Of a stretch of 64,000 nucleotides of DNA, positions 30,468 through 43,610 are shown piece after piece (position 1 is the stretch's first letter; each line of letters opens with the position of its first letter). The notes under the pieces are model-generated. The model ran no database searches and was not told the origin of the DNA. It was given only the letters and a program-made list of their open reading frames with translations. Where the stretch lies: positions 71,687-135,686 of the forward strand of contig CAZREA010000001.1 in NCBI GenBank assembly GCA_964599455.1. The letters run 5' to 3'. The translations under genes and the position numbers were made by a program. Source of the stretch: an uncultured Gammaproteobacteria bacterium. GTDB taxonomy: Bacteria; Patescibacteriota; Patescibacteriia; UBA9934.

Positions 30468-31895
30468 CTATAAGCCCGCCGCTAAACTACTTGCAGCTTG
30501 TACAAATACCTGAAGTCCCTGAGGTGTTAATAGCCACAGTGCAAAGCCAATATGTACCGCTACCAACATCCAAACCAAAACTCGGTACAAAGTATATAAA
30601 TCATTCCCGTCATGCGATACGGATGATGAAAAAAGGGGAGGTGCATAAAGCGAGAATGCTTTCATGACCATACCCAGCGAAATCACGGTAAAAAATATGA
30701 CCCATCCTGGCTCTTGCTGTAACCCGTAGCCTAAAGAAAAAAACAAAAAAGGAAAAGGTGCGCACAACATGACGAGAATAGGAACTTTCTCGATCTTTTC
30801 CTGTTCATCAGTTTCTTGATTTTTTACAGAAAGGAGGAACGATCCAACACCAAAAAGCATCGTTGGTAATAACATGAGTGCGGCAATAATTCCCGCCGGA
30901 CCCGTACTTGCGGTCAGGAAAAAGAGTGCTATCAGGAACATCTGCAGGAAGTGAACGAAAGCAAAACGCGCAGACTTGTGCCATACCAACAAAAAGCTGT
31001 AGGCAAACAGCACGATGCCCACAAAAAGATAGACCCCAAGTACCCATCCGTTTTGTTGTAAGACAACATCGAGCACATATCCTAAACGCAGCATGTGCAC
31101 AAGGCTGATAATGGGAAGAAAAAGCATGATAAGCGTGCGCAATGGTTCAGCAAAGACACGATGCTTTTCAAAAAAGACCGACAAGAAAGGTACCAACCCC
31201 GCAACAAGCAACAATCCCATGCTGCTCAGCAAAAAACCAAGCTTCATCAGCAAGACATGATTTTGTGCTACCTGGGCCGCAATTGAAGTAATTTGACTCA
31301 TGTCCGCAAGCATCGTATAGGTCCAAGCCCACTCTCCATGCGCCAAAAAGATCGCCGTACTAACCGCACCATATCCGATTATCACGAACAGTAAACCTAT
31401 ACTACTCAAACGAACACATCGTTCAATGCCCTTCCAATCAGGAGATGGCAGCCCACGAACGCCATGCACAAGGCAAGTTACGAGTGCGCCCACCATACCG
31501 ATGATGACGAGAGGCAACGCATCGGCGAGCAAGGTTAGGAGGAGAAAAAAACCACACAGAAAGAAAGCCGTGATATGGCGCATGAGCATGATGCGCGAAA
31601 GAACACCCTTTTTGTACCCATCTGCCCAAGAAAATCCAGCAAACAGAGAGATCATCATGAACATGCTCGCAAAAGCAAGTAAACAGAGCGCAGTTGTAAA
31701 ATCCACCTTTAACGTCGCCAAAGGGGCATAGACTGCTACCACTCCCGACAGATGAGGAATCGCGAGTGCAAGAATGGCTATAGCATCAATCAATACCATT
31801 CCAAAAAAACCCATGCGCATGGAGCGTTCTTTGCACGGTATCAGCGGCAAGAGTGCCGAAAGAAAGAAGAGAAGAAGGATGGCGACAGGGGGCAT
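30468..31895 (-). CDS. polytopic membrane protein (possible antiporter-like paralog)
   Basis: 475 aa with at least 12 TM segments. It is adjacent to, and weakly similar in pattern to, the upstream NuoN/MrpD-like gene. Confidence 0.4.
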   Translation of the reverse strand: MPPVAILLLFFLSALLPLIPCKERSMRMGFFGMVLIDAIAILALAIPHLSGVVAVYAPLATLKVDFTTALCLLAFASMFMMISLFAGFSWADGYKKGVLSRIMLMRHITAFFLCGFFLLLTLLADALPLVIIGMVGALVTCLVHGVRGLPSPDWKGIERCVRLSSIGLLFVIIGYGAVSTAIFLAHGEWAWTYTMLADMSQITSIAAQVAQNHVLLMKLGFLLSSMGLLLVAGLVPFLSVFFEKHRVFAEPLRTLIMLFLPIISLVHMLRLGYVLDVVLQQNGWVLGVYLFVGIVLFAYSFLLVWHKSARFAFVHFLQMFLIALFFLTASTGPAGIIAALMLLPTMLFGVGSFLLSVKNQETDEQEKIEKVPILVMLCAPFPFLFFSLGYGLQQEPGWVIFFTVISLGMVMKAFSLYAPPLFSSSVSHDGNDLYTLYRVLVWMLVAVHIGFALWLLTPQGLQVFVQAASSLAAGL

Positions 31896-31899
31896 AGAT

Positions 31900-33522
31900 T
31901 TAGAGAAAGAGGCTCAAAAGAATAATCACGAGCACCACGAGAACGAAGACTGCACTCGTGGGTGCTATCGTAGCTATGTTGTCAGCCCCGTGAGTTACGA
32001 CACGATCAGCATTCAAGAACAAACGCTGTACGCGAGTAGTCACTAAAGCGATTCCTTTTTGAATAAACACATCTAGACGCTGGAGAAATGAAATGATTAT
32101 TTCCGAAAGAGTACTTATGTGTTTTTTGATCAAGGTAACAAGAACAGGTTTTTCGTGTTGCAACACCGTGGCAATCGTCACAACAAGCATGAGTATCAGT
32201 GTGGTGTAGGTAAAGAGTTTTATGGGCGCCAATGAGGCTGTACCAAAAACGATCACTCCCTCCGAAACCAAATCCGTACCCAATGTCACGAGTAAGAAAG
32301 GAAGAATGGGGATCAAGAAAAGATTGGCAATACATGCCAGAAAGAGTCCATACCACTTCATTCCTTGATAATTATTCATTGTGTTTTCGGACGATGCTTG
32401 AGAAAGCAAGATTTTCCTTATCAATGTCAGCAGCATTACGCCGATCATGAGTCCGGTCATGATCAAAACAATGGCTATAAACACTGAAAAAGAAGAAGCT
32501 TGTGGAAGCGCTGCAATTGTTCCCGTAAAGAAAAGCCACATTGCCGACCACATGACTGATCCGGGTAGTCCCACGGCAAACAAGGCAAGCATCGTCCGCG
32601 TCCATGATGTTGATGAAAGCTGAAGCAGCACCTCTGTGCTCAATACTCGAGCCAAGATCATGAAGAAACAGGCAAAGAGCAATGCCTGAACCGGTTCAAA
32701 AATACCCAACGCTCCAATAAGGAGTGTCATGGCTGCAGCAATAAGGATGAGGACAAGTTGCGCTTGTCCCATGCGCTGCCAAAAAAGTTCAGCCGAGGCA
32801 CGCAAAAGACGATAGCTTGCACCTACCCCCCCAAGGAGCAACACACCCAAAGTCACCGTAAAAAGAATTGGCTCACTGCCTGTCAATAAAAAGAGGGTGA
32901 GACGGAAGAAAATGTAGACAGCAGCGATATCCAAGCCAACAGGTAAAACAACGGCAATCATTCCCAGTCCAGTAATGATCGCAATAGTTCCAAGCAAGAG
33001 TGTTTGACTAGGAAGTTGAGGAATGATCATCGCCATGGTAGGAAAATCAACCAACAATGCCCCACCTGATAATGCCAAAAGTCCACCGCCCAACAAAAAG
33101 ATTCCGGCAATGGCTAAACCCTTGTGAGCAATGGAGGATGAGATTGCGAGTGTACACAACAGGACCATGCTCGAGAGCAGCAGTACCACCATGCTCGAAG
33201 CCGTCAGTACCCCTAACGCCGATAGAAAGGTGATGAAAAAGAGAACGGGATGTATCTTCCCTCTCCTTCCTAACCATTGCCAAACTGCCGAGATCGAGAG
33301 TAAACAAACAAAAATGGCCGCAAAGCGATCGAGCGTAAAGCCCAGTCCATACAACATGGTCCACGCGGTTGAAGGGAATTCTATCAATGTTTTCCAGCCC
33401 ATCAACACCTCAAACCCCGGAAAAAAGACCGCTCCAATAAGCACGAGTCCGAGAACTCGACCAAGAAACCCGCACACCTTTCTCCCCGAAAATGACCAGC
33501 GCATAGGCAAAAAAGACATCAT
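31900..33522 (-). CDS. proton-conducting antiporter-like membrane subunit (NuoL/M/N-MrpD superfamily)
   Basis: 540 aa with about 14 TM segments. The sequence AISSSIAHKGLAIAG matches the conserved SS[IV][AS]H[ML]G signature of complex I antiporter-like subunits. Confidence 0.45.
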   Translation of the reverse strand: MMSFLPMRWSFSGRKVCGFLGRVLGLVLIGAVFFPGFEVLMGWKTLIEFPSTAWTMLYGLGFTLDRFAAIFVCLLSISAVWQWLGRRGKIHPVLFFITFLSALGVLTASSMVVLLLSSMVLLCTLAISSSIAHKGLAIAGIFLLGGGLLALSGGALLVDFPTMAMIIPQLPSQTLLLGTIAIITGLGMIAVVLPVGLDIAAVYIFFRLTLFLLTGSEPILFTVTLGVLLLGGVGASYRLLRASAELFWQRMGQAQLVLILIAAAMTLLIGALGIFEPVQALLFACFFMILARVLSTEVLLQLSSTSWTRTMLALFAVGLPGSVMWSAMWLFFTGTIAALPQASSFSVFIAIVLIMTGLMIGVMLLTLIRKILLSQASSENTMNNYQGMKWYGLFLACIANLFLIPILPFLLVTLGTDLVSEGVIVFGTASLAPIKLFTYTTLILMLVVTIATVLQHEKPVLVTLIKKHISTLSEIIISFLQRLDVFIQKGIALVTTRVQRLFLNADRVVTHGADNIATIAPTSAVFVLVVLVIILLSLFL

Positions 33523-33596
33523 AAACTGTCAGTAGTGTAGGCAAAAAGTAAGGTATTAGGCTATGAGCTCAGTGGATAAGAAAAACGAGAGATCGT

Positions 33597-34040
33597 TTAT
33601 CTCTCGTCTCCCTGCGTAATTGTTCGTCCCTTGCCTTTTCCTTTCAAAGCAACCTTGTAGCGAACGAGCTCACGTTCAAGCGCGGCTGCGGCGGCGGCAT
33701 ACGAAACATCATCAGCAAAACGAACCTGCTTCTTCGCTTCTTCCGCTTCTTGCTTGGCTTTCTCAATCGCAACCAGCTCAAGCTCATCTGAACGCTCGGC
33801 GGTATCGGCTAAGATCGTGAGGGTGTTGTTCGTAAAGGAGAGAAAACCCGTTGAAAGCGCAAAAAGCTCTTCTTTTCCTTTGGAACGTACGCGCATCTCC
33901 CCTGGAGCCAGTAACGATGAAAGCGCGATGTGACCGGGAAAAATCGTAATTTGACCGGTGGTTGTAGGTACGATAAGAGCATCGGCTTCGCCGGTAGCAA
34001 CCGTTCTTTCGGGAGTGAGGAGGGAGTATATAAGAGGCAT
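33597..34040 (-). CDS. atpC: F1 ATP synthase epsilon subunit
   Basis: N-terminal beta-sandwich (LLTPERTVATGEADALIVPTTTGQITIFPGH) plus a C-terminal helical hairpin. It is the last gene of the atp operon. Confidence 0.88.
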   Translation of the reverse strand: MPLIYSLLTPERTVATGEADALIVPTTTGQITIFPGHIALSSLLAPGEMRVRSKGKEELFALSTGFLSFTNNTLTILADTAERSDELELVAIEKAKQEAEEAKKQVRFADDVSYAAAAAALERELVRYKVALKGKGKGRTITQGDER

Positions 34041-34051
34041 AGAGAAAGACC

Positions 34052-36299
<2,248 letters not shown>

Positions 36300-36304
36300 A
36301 AATA

Positions 36305-37819
36305 TTAGACGTTCGTTGAAAAGTTTGCGACGAAATCTTTGAGATACGTGTCAATCTCCGTTTTTACCTCAGCAGACACTTCCTTGTTTTCAGCAATCTT
36401 GCGCAACAATTCTGCGCCAAGGCCTTTCATTGATGCTAACAATTCGCTTTCGAAACGCATAACATCAGCAACAGGAATGGTGTCGAGATAGCCATTGTTG
36501 AGTGCATACATGATGATTGCTTGTTCGGAAAAATGAAGCGGGGCGTATTGCTTTTGCTTCATCACCTCCATCGCACGACGTCCGCGTTCAATCTGCTTCT
36601 TTGTCGTTTCATCAAGATCAGTAGCGAATTGCGCAAAGGCTTCCAATTCACGGTACTGTGCCAAATCAACCTTGAGTGTTTTGGCTACATTTTTCATGGC
36701 CTTGGTTTGCGCAGCCGAACCGACACGCGATACCGAGTTACCAATGTTCACCGCCGGACGCTGACCCTTGTAAAACAGGTCGGTTTCCAAGAAAATCTGT
36801 CCATCGGTAATAGAAATGACGTTGGTAGGAATATATGCCGAAATATCACCACCTTGTGTTTCGATAATCGGCAACGCGGTGATTGAACCACCACCATGCT
36901 CTTCGTTGACACGTGCACTGCGTTCCAATAAACGTGAGTGAAGATAAAAAACATCACCTGGATACGCCTCACGACCTGGCGGACGACGCAACAACAACGA
37001 GATTTCACGATAGGCCCAGGCATGTTTAGAAAGATCATCGTACACAACAAGGACATCATCACCTTTGGCCATGAAGTATTCGGCTAACGTACAGCCGGAG
37101 TATGGCGCGATGTACTGCATAGCTGCAGGATCGGATGCACCTGCCAAAACAATGGTGGTGTACTCCATTGCACCCGCTACCTGTAAACGGGCCATGAGTT
37201 GCGCAATCTTTGATTCCTTTTGACCAATGGCCACGTAAATACATTTTACATTTTCACCTTTCTGATTAAGAATCGTATCAATTGCCAATGCGGTTTTTCC
37301 GGTTTGACGATCACCGATAATAAGTTCGCGCTGTCCACGACCAATCGGAATAAGGGCATCAATCGCTTTAATACCCGTGTGCATTGGCACGCTCACTGAT
37401 TTACGCGACATGACGCCTGGTGCGATTTTTTCTACCGGAGCAAATTGCTTCGAGGCAATTGCACCTTTTCCATCGATAGGATTACCAAGGGGATCGATCA
37501 CGCGACCAATAAACGCATCACCAACCGGTACCGACAAAATGCGGCCCGTGCCCTTCACGGTATCGCCCGCCTTGATCGTCGTAACGTCCCCCAAAATCAT
37601 GGCGCCAACCGCACCTTCTTCAAGGTTCAACGCAACGCCCAACACATCACTAGAAAATTCAACAATTTCTTGACTCATGACGGTCGACAGTCCGCTAATA
37701 CGCGCCACGCCATCGGCAACAGATAAAACTGTTCCTACCTGCTGTTCTTTTACGGATGTTTCAAAACGTGCAATTTCTGCACGCAAGGCGTCAAGAATGT
37801 CGGTTTTTTTTGCTGCCAT
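36305..37819 (-). CDS. atpA: F1 ATP synthase alpha subunit
   Basis: Walker [17 protein letters not shown]. Full-length at 504 aa. Confidence 0.95.
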   Translation of the reverse strand: MAAKKTDILDALRAEIARFETSVKEQQVGTVLSVADGVARISGLSTVMSQEIVEFSSDVLGVALNLEEGAVGAMILGDVTTIKAGDTVKGTGRILSVPVGDAFIGRVIDPLGNPIDGKGAIASKQFAPVEKIAPGVMSRKSVSVPMHTGIKAIDALIPIGRGQRELIIGDRQTGKTALAIDTILNQKGENVKCIYVAIGQKESKIAQLMARLQVAGAMEYTTIVLAGASDPAAMQYIAPYSGCTLAEYFMAKGDDVLVVYDDLSKHAWAYREISLLLRRPPGREAYPGDVFYLHSRLLERSARVNEEHGGGSITALPIIETQGGDISAYIPTNVISITDGQIFLETDLFYKGQRPAVNIGNSVSRVGSAAQTKAMKNVAKTLKVDLAQYRELEAFAQFATDLDETTKKQIERGRRAMEVMKQKQYAPLHFSEQAIIMYALNNGYLDTIPVADVMRFESELLASMKGLGAELLRKIAENKEVSAEVKTEIDTYLKDFVANFSTNV

Positions 37820-37827
37820 ACAACAGA

Positions 37828-38217
37828 TTAAATACTTTTTTCAAGAGAAGCTTCTAGCGTCTGCAAGGCACCCAGTGCCGAACCGTCGATCAGTCGGTCA
37901 TCTACGCGCACAATCGCGCCACCCAATAACCGAGGATCAATAACGGTGTGAAATTCTGCACTTCCTGCCTTTTCTTCGAGATGCTTTTTTAATTCAGCAG
38001 GCAAACGATAAGCGCTTGTGACCGTTACCTTTGACGCACCAAATTCTTCTGCCCATGTTGCATCGCAGGCACGAAGCAGTTCGCGCGATCGGGATAATAG
38101 TCCCTGTTCGCGCAAAAAGTGCACCACCTCGGCAACGGCTTTATCGAGCTGCTTGTCGGGTACTTCGGCCAAGGTGCGAATAATGGCGCGAGCAAGAGGT
38201 TTGATGTTTGATTTCAT
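37828..38217 (-). CDS. atpH: F1 ATP synthase delta (OSCP) subunit, short form
   Basis: 129 aa in the canonical position between atpF and atpA. The C-terminal ...[29 protein letters not shown] is a delta-like motif. Confidence 0.7.
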   Translation of the reverse strand: MKSNIKPLARAIIRTLAEVPDKQLDKAVAEVVHFLREQGLLSRSRELLRACDATWAEEFGASKVTVTSAYRLPAELKKHLEEKAGSAEFHTVIDPRLLGGAIVRVDDRLIDGSALGALQTLEASLEKSI

Positions 38218-38219
38218 AC

Positions 38220-38813
38220 TTACGTCATCTTTCTCACCACTTCCTCAGCCATGGATGTTGATTTCTTTTCATCAATTTGGCTAGCGACAATCTTCGTTGC
38301 CGCCGCAACCGCAATTTCGACCACATCTTTACGCATAGCCATCATCATCGCCTGTCGTTCGGCATCAAGCTGTTCCTTCCCTTTTGCAATAACTCGTTCA
38401 ACTTCTTTCTTGGCCGCTTCAACCATTTCTACCTTGCGAATTTCGGTGTCGGTTAGTGCCTTGGTTGTGAACGCATCAGCTTCTTGACGAGCGGCGCGCA
38501 AAATATCTTCTTTTTCTTTTTGCGCTTGTGCCAGCTTCTGCCCGATCGCTTCAGCGTTTTTGACGCTTTGCGCAATTTTGTCTTCCCGTTCGTGCAACGC
38601 ACGCAAAATGGGTTTGTAGGCAAATTTCCACAACACCAACAACACCAACAAAAAGTTAACAAGCTGCGCGATAAACAGATCAGTGCGCAAGCCAAAAGTA
38701 CCGATCACGCCTGCGATACCGCCAGAAGATGCTTCCTCGGTGGAAGCATGGGTGGTAGCCGTAGGTGATTCGGTTTCGTGCTGAGTAGTAGGGGCAGTAG
38801 TAGCCATAATCAA
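38220..38813 (-). CDS. atpF: Fo ATP synthase subunit b
   Basis: A single N-terminal TM helix followed by a long charged helix (AQAQKEKEDILRAARQEADA...). Confidence 0.85.
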   Translation of the reverse strand: MIMATTAPTTQHETESPTATTHASTEEASSGGIAGVIGTFGLRTDLFIAQLVNFLLVLLVLWKFAYKPILRALHEREDKIAQSVKNAEAIGQKLAQAQKEKEDILRAARQEADAFTTKALTDTEIRKVEMVEAAKKEVERVIAKGKEQLDAERQAMMMAMRKDVVEIAVAAATKIVASQIDEKKSTSMAEEVVRKMT

Positions 38814-38865
38814 GCCAAAGAATCTCCGGAATGTAGTGGAAAACCACTACACAACCGCAAATACC

Positions 38866-39084
38866 TTAGAGGGTAAAAGCAATGATGAGTGCGTAAATGG
38901 CAACGGCTTCCGCAAAAGCCATACCAAGAAGCATCGGCGTGAACATTTCCTTACGGGCTTCGGGGTTGCGACCGATGCCTTCCATTGCCGAGCGTCCAAT
39001 CAAACCGATCGCAATTGCTGGTCCAAAACCACCAACCGCGATAGCCAACGCCTTTGCAAAAAGCGTCATTGTTGCTGCATCCAT
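38866..39084 (-). CDS. atpE: Fo ATP synthase subunit c
   Basis: 72 aa forming a two-helix hairpin with an RNP loop (GIGRNPEA) and the conserved carboxylate helix (MAFAEAVAIYALIIAF). Confidence 0.92.
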   Translation of the reverse strand: MDAATMTLFAKALAIAVGGFGPAIAIGLIGRSAMEGIGRNPEARKEMFTPMLLGMAFAEAVAIYALIIAFTL

Positions 39085-39144
39085 ACAAGAAGTTAAAAAT
39101 GAATGACTGAACGTCGAGCATATTCGACGTTCCGTGGTTCACTT

Positions 39145-40026
39145 TTAGCCAGCGTGGGCATCGGCCTCGTGCGTGTGTTCGTCATGGTCGCCATGTTCTT
39201 CGGTAGCGATAGTCAGAAATACCAACACCAGTGTAGCAAACACCGTTGCCTGAATAAGACCAACAAGAATTTCCATGAACATGAAAGGGATAGGAACCAG
39301 ATACGACACCAACGATAACATGACGGTCATGAGAATTTCACCAGCAAACACATTTCCAAATAAACGTAATGATAACGAAGCGACACGCGCAAATTCTCCG
39401 ATGATCTCAATAAGGCCAACAAAAAACTCAATAACCGCTGTCACAATAGCCATTGGTCCTTTAGGAATAGCGCGGAAGATGCCACGAATATTCACGAATT
39501 TAGAAACATAATTCACAAAACCCGTTACACGAATACCCACAATCTGCACCACAAGCAACGACAAGGCTGCAAGAGCCAAAGTAAGATTCAGATCAGCTGC
39601 TGCCGGACGCAACAGAGGAATGAGCTCAGTATGGCCATGCACTTCTCCCCAGATACCAATGGTTCCTGTTCCTGGCAATAGTCCCATCCAATTATTAATA
39701 AGAATAAAGAAAAAAATGGTGGCGACTAACGGGAAGAATGCGAGCGCTTTTTTTCGATTTCCCGTAATACCTTCCATCTGATCGAGAAACCAAACAATGA
39801 CGGCTTCAATGAGATTATGGACGCCCCGTGGAATAAGTGCGCCCTTTCGGCGAGAAGCGATGAATGCGACAAGAACAAAAAATCCGGCTGCAATCCAGGC
39901 ATTGAGCATGGAATTGGTGACCGGAAATGTACTGATATGAAAAAGCGGCTCAGCGGCCAAGGCAGCCGGTGCAAAACGTATCGCAGGCGATAAGGAAGAA
40001 CGCTTTTCCAGGTGCATAACAAACAA
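39145..40026 (-). CDS. atpB: Fo ATP synthase subunit a
   Basis: 293 aa and polytopic, with a conserved Arg-containing helix (LSLRLFGNVFAGEIL). It is the first gene of the operon. Confidence 0.9.
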   Translation of the reverse strand: MFVMHLEKRSSLSPAIRFAPAALAAEPLFHISTFPVTNSMLNAWIAAGFFVLVAFIASRRKGALIPRGVHNLIEAVIVWFLDQMEGITGNRKKALAFFPLVATIFFFILINNWMGLLPGTGTIGIWGEVHGHTELIPLLRPAAADLNLTLALAALSLLVVQIVGIRVTGFVNYVSKFVNIRGIFRAIPKGPMAIVTAVIEFFVGLIEIIGEFARVASLSLRLFGNVFAGEILMTVMLSLVSYLVPIPFMFMEILVGLIQATVFATLVLVFLTIATEEHGDHDEHTHEADAHAG

Positions 40027-40107
40027 AAAGCGGGGGTAGTATACGATTTTTGTAGGCCGAGCGTCAAGGAAGTGTGGAAAGAAAAGGGGTTAAGGTGGTT
40101 AAAATGG

Positions 40108-40968
40108 TTAAGGGGTTATCTGAAACATGCGTTCTGCATTTTTTACGGTTTGTTCAGCCACTTTTTCCAATGGGAGATTGAACATATCGGCAATTTTTTG
40201 AGCAGTTTCGACAACATATGCAGGCTCATTGCGTTTTCCGCGATATGGCGTCGGGGCGAGATACGGCGCATCAGTCTCGATCAATATCGATTCGAGAGGA
40301 ACATGGGGCACCACTTCGGCAACATTTTTTCCGAACGTGATAATGCCGGAAAAAGAGATCATAAAGCCGAGCTCAACATACTTCATAGCTTCATCAATCG
40401 TTCCCGTAAAACAATGAATCACTCCTCGTCGTAATAATCCGCCGTGAGCGATCTCTTCTTTGATGAGATCAGTCATGTCGACATGCGCATCTCGGCAATG
40501 GATAACCACAGGCTTTTGTAACTCGGTAGCAAGCTGCAGTTGTGCTCGTGCAACAGCCTGTTGATCCGTCATTATCCGTTGCGATCCGTCATCATCTGTT
40601 TTCAACCGATAATAATCAAGACCGAATTCTCCGATCGCAACAACCTTTGGATTCTGCGCCAACACTCGAAGTTCATCGAGATTCACTCTTCCCTCTTCAT
40701 CAATAACACCTTGGTGCGTCATCCCTTCTGGCAATTCGTTGTCATCATGATAATCCGGTGCATGCACGTGACACGGGTGAATACCTACCGCTGCCCAAAC
40801 GTCGGGATGGACATTTGCAAAACGCACAGCAGCTTCGTTGGTATATGCAGTTGTTCCCACGGTCAACATACCAACCCCCGCCACACGCGCACGAGCCATA
40901 ACTGCATCAACATCTTCTTTATAGGCTTCAAAAGAAACGTGACAATGGGAATCAAAAAAACGAAACAT
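40108..40968 (-). CDS. tatD: TatD-family metal-dependent deoxyribonuclease
   Basis: Starts MFRFFDSHCHV (the HxH motif); also CFTG and ETDAPY motifs. Confidence 0.85.
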   Translation of the reverse strand: MFRFFDSHCHVSFEAYKEDVDAVMARARVAGVGMLTVGTTAYTNEAAVRFANVHPDVWAAVGIHPCHVHAPDYHDDNELPEGMTHQGVIDEEGRVNLDELRVLAQNPKVVAIGEFGLDYYRLKTDDDGSQRIMTDQQAVARAQLQLATELQKPVVIHCRDAHVDMTDLIKEEIAHGGLLRRGVIHCFTGTIDEAMKYVELGFMISFSGIITFGKNVAEVVPHVPLESILIETDAPYLAPTPYRGKRNEPAYVVETAQKIADMFNLPLEKVAEQTVKNAERMFQITP

Positions 40969-40971
40969 ACA

Positions 40972-41454
40972 CTAAAGCCAACCTAAACCAGACAACATTC
41001 GGATGCCATAACCGACAGCCTGTGATGAAAGTAATAAAGCGCGCCAAGTTGCATCGGTAATAAATTGTACAGAAAGATAACTTACACCAAGAATGACGGC
41101 CACCGCCTCTACCAATCCTACTGCCGCTCCACCCAGATGATTTAATAAACCTACACCCGGAATAATGGAAAATAATCGTCGTACAAGATCCAGAGCGGCA
41201 ATGATAAGATTTACAATTATTCCCACCAACACCGCAATCATGAGAAAAGCAAAAATGAGTGCGATGGGATGGACAGAGAAAGGAATACCCACCACATCTT
41301 CCAGCCAGCTAATACTCCAAATACTCACAACAATACTCACAACCAAACTCACGAGCCCGCCAGCCATTCGCACAAATCCACGTCGCCAACCAAAGATAAA
41401 AAATCCGATTGCAACAAGGGCAAAAAGTATATCGATGTGAAAGGAAGTGAGCAT
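40972..41454 (-). CDS. CvpA-family membrane protein
   Basis: 160 aa with four TM helices; CvpA/colicin V production-like topology. Confidence 0.5.
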   Translation of the reverse strand: MLTSFHIDILFALVAIGFFIFGWRRGFVRMAGGLVSLVVSIVVSIWSISWLEDVVGIPFSVHPIALIFAFLMIAVLVGIIVNLIIAALDLVRRLFSIIPGVGLLNHLGGAAVGLVEAVAVILGVSYLSVQFITDATWRALLLSSQAVGYGIRMLSGLGWL

Positions 41455-41475
41455 AGAGATTGTCAGAGGGGGCCT

Positions 41476-42963
41476 TTACTCTTCTCTTTTTGGAAATAAC
41501 GGCGCACCATATTCTAATTTTTCGCCGCTATATCGACGGACAATTTCTTCACCGACCGTTGGCATAACTGGCATCAATGCATACCCGATCCAACGAATCA
41601 TGACTGCAAGTTCGGACAATGTTTTTTTGCATGCGACCGGATCGGTTTTGGCCGTACGAAACGGTGCTTCATCATCGATTTTTTTATTGGCTTCATCAAT
41701 TGCCTGCTGAACGATTTCTAAATAGCGTTTGAAATCGCGATTTTCGATTTCGGTGTGTAATTGCGTATCGTGGTCGAGGGAGACGGGTCGACGACCCGTC
41801 TGTACGTCGACATGGCCATCAAAATATTTATTGGCCATGGCGGCGACACGGCCAACTAAATTCCCTAATCCGTTTGCCAGTTCATTATACCGCTCTTCCA
41901 ATCGCGCTTTTGCAATGTCACCGTCACCCACAAGCGGCAAATCACGAAGCAACAAATAGCGTGTCGCATCAACGCCGTAGGTATCAATCAATTCTTTTGG
42001 CGCAATGACGTTTCCAATCGATTTTGACATTTTCTCGCCTTCAACGGTCAAAAATCCATGCACAAACACTTCATGCGGTAATGGCAATCCGGCCGATAGC
42101 AAAAATGCTGGCCAATAAATAGCATGAAAACGGACAATATCTTTGCCGATAACCTGTATGCGTGCGTCTGCCTGTTCCCAAAAGGTTTTATACGTCTCGG
42201 CATCATCTGCAAATCCAAGCGCGGTAATATAGTTTGACAGTGCATCAACCCACACATACATCACTTGGGACTCATCGCCCGGTACCGGCACGCCCCAATT
42301 CTCTGCACGTGCTACTGATCGAGAAATACTAAAATCTTGTAACCCCTTTTTTACAAATGAAAGCATCTCGTTACGTCGTTCGTCTGGCCACACTTTCAAA
42401 CGATGCTTCATGCCGCGGTCATTGACGTATTCTTCGCCGATCAACAATTTCTCGATAGCATCCTGATAACGAGAGAGTTTAAAAAAGTAATTTTCTTCTT
42501 TAATGGTTTCAACGGGCTTTCTGTGGGTAGGACAAAGATTTCCATCAAGTAAATCTATTGCGTCGTAAAAGGCTTCACATCCCACACAATACAATCCTTC
42601 ATATGATCGTTTCTCAATATCTTCTTTCTTCATCATGGACCACAACTTTTGCGCACCGCACATGTGGATGTCATCACGAGTACGAATAAAATTCCGGAAT
42701 GACGCATCAAGATTTAAAAGCTCATCAAGCTCCCGAAATGCCGCTGAGAGACGAGCAACAAATACTTCAGTCTCTTCCCCGGCATCACGTGCGGCACGAA
42801 CATTTTTTAAACTATTATCATCACTACCAAATTGACCACGAACGGTTTCGCCTTGTGCTTTATAATAGCGCAACAATGCATCAACCTGAATAAGCTCGAG
42901 CGCGTATCCAACGTGCGGAGTGGAATTAACGTAAGGAATGGAAGCAGTAATATAACGCGTCAT
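41476..42963 (-). CDS. metG: methionyl-tRNA synthetase (short form, no C-terminal dimerisation domain)
   Basis: IPYVNSTPHVGY is the HIGH-type motif, CPTHRKP a zinc knuckle and KMSKSIGNVI the KMSKS motif. Confidence 0.88.
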   Translation of the reverse strand: MTRYITASIPYVNSTPHVGYALELIQVDALLRYYKAQGETVRGQFGSDDNSLKNVRAARDAGEETEVFVARLSAAFRELDELLNLDASFRNFIRTRDDIHMCGAQKLWSMMKKEDIEKRSYEGLYCVGCEAFYDAIDLLDGNLCPTHRKPVETIKEENYFFKLSRYQDAIEKLLIGEEYVNDRGMKHRLKVWPDERRNEMLSFVKKGLQDFSISRSVARAENWGVPVPGDESQVMYVWVDALSNYITALGFADDAETYKTFWEQADARIQVIGKDIVRFHAIYWPAFLLSAGLPLPHEVFVHGFLTVEGEKMSKSIGNVIAPKELIDTYGVDATRYLLLRDLPLVGDGDIAKARLEERYNELANGLGNLVGRVAAMANKYFDGHVDVQTGRRPVSLDHDTQLHTEIENRDFKRYLEIVQQAIDEANKKIDDEAPFRTAKTDPVACKKTLSELAVMIRWIGYALMPVMPTVGEEIVRRYSGEKLEYGAPLFPKREE

Positions 42964-43015
42964 AATGGAACTTTTGTATCATAAAAAATACGAGATCACA
43001 AATACTAACCTCGTA

Positions 43016-43564
43016 TTAATCTTCATTGTTTGTTTTGAAACCAATTGGTCGCCTTTTTGGTTCTTCATCTTCTTCGAGCAATTTTCTAATCGCTTCAAAA
43101 ATTATTCGAAAATGCTGATCGTACTTATTTTCAAGCGCATCAATTCTTTTTCGTAAAGTGCTATTTTCTTTCAAAATTTCTCGAAGTTTTATGAACGTTC
43201 TAATAATTTGAATGTTCACCGCGATCGCACGCTTACTATTAAGAACACTTGAGAGCATTGCGATGCCCTGTTCTGTAAAGGCATAAGGAGCATAACGGAT
43301 ACCCTGGCGTTCATTTTTGGAGATCACAAATTGTGATCTCCAATTTACCACTTCATCTTTGGTAAGTTTAAACATGAAGTCATCAGGAAAACGTTCATTA
43401 TTTCTTTTAACTGCCTGATTAAGCGTTCTCGTGTCTACTCCGTACAATACTGCAAGATCTCTATCAAACATGATTTTCTTTCCACGCAAAAGATAGATGC
43501 TCTTCTCAATTCGTTCAAAAGGCACGATGTCTTTTATTTTCTTCACCTTCTTTTTCATACGCAT
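43016..43564 (-). CDS. ORF6N (KilAC-like) domain protein, phage/mobile-element associated
   Basis: The sequence LLRGKKIMFDRDLAVLYGVDTRTLNQAVKRNNERFPDDFMFKLTKDE...RSQ is the ORF6N-domain pattern. The start is moved to an internal ATG; the GTG of the longest ORF lies inside the upstream palindrome. Confidence 0.7.
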   Translation of the reverse strand: MRMKKKVKKIKDIVPFERIEKSIYLLRGKKIMFDRDLAVLYGVDTRTLNQAVKRNNERFPDDFMFKLTKDEVVNWRSQFVISKNERQGIRYAPYAFTEQGIAMLSSVLNSKRAIAVNIQIIRTFIKLREILKENSTLRKRIDALENKYDQHFRIIFEAIRKLLEEDEEPKRRPIGFKTNNED

Positions 43565-43583
43565 CAAGTATATATTGAAAAAT

Positions 43584-43610
43584 CTGGAGGTCACAATTTG
43601 TGACCTCCAG
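43584..43610. terminator. perfect palindrome / bidirectional terminator-like hairpin
   Basis: ctggaggtcaca-att-tgtgacctccag, flanked by aaaat and atttt. It lies 3' of the Nudix gene and 5' of the ORF6N gene. Confidence 0.6.

Noticed and set aside
37828-38217. ATP synthase delta subunit is only 129 aa
   Set aside because: It is short but in the conserved operon position with a delta-like C-terminal motif. This is likely lineage-typical truncation rather than a pseudogene.
41269-41350. Tandem aatactcacaac-type short repeats
   Set aside because: They lie inside the cvpA-like coding region and simply encode a repetitive hydrophobic stretch. They are not a CRISPR or a regulatory array.
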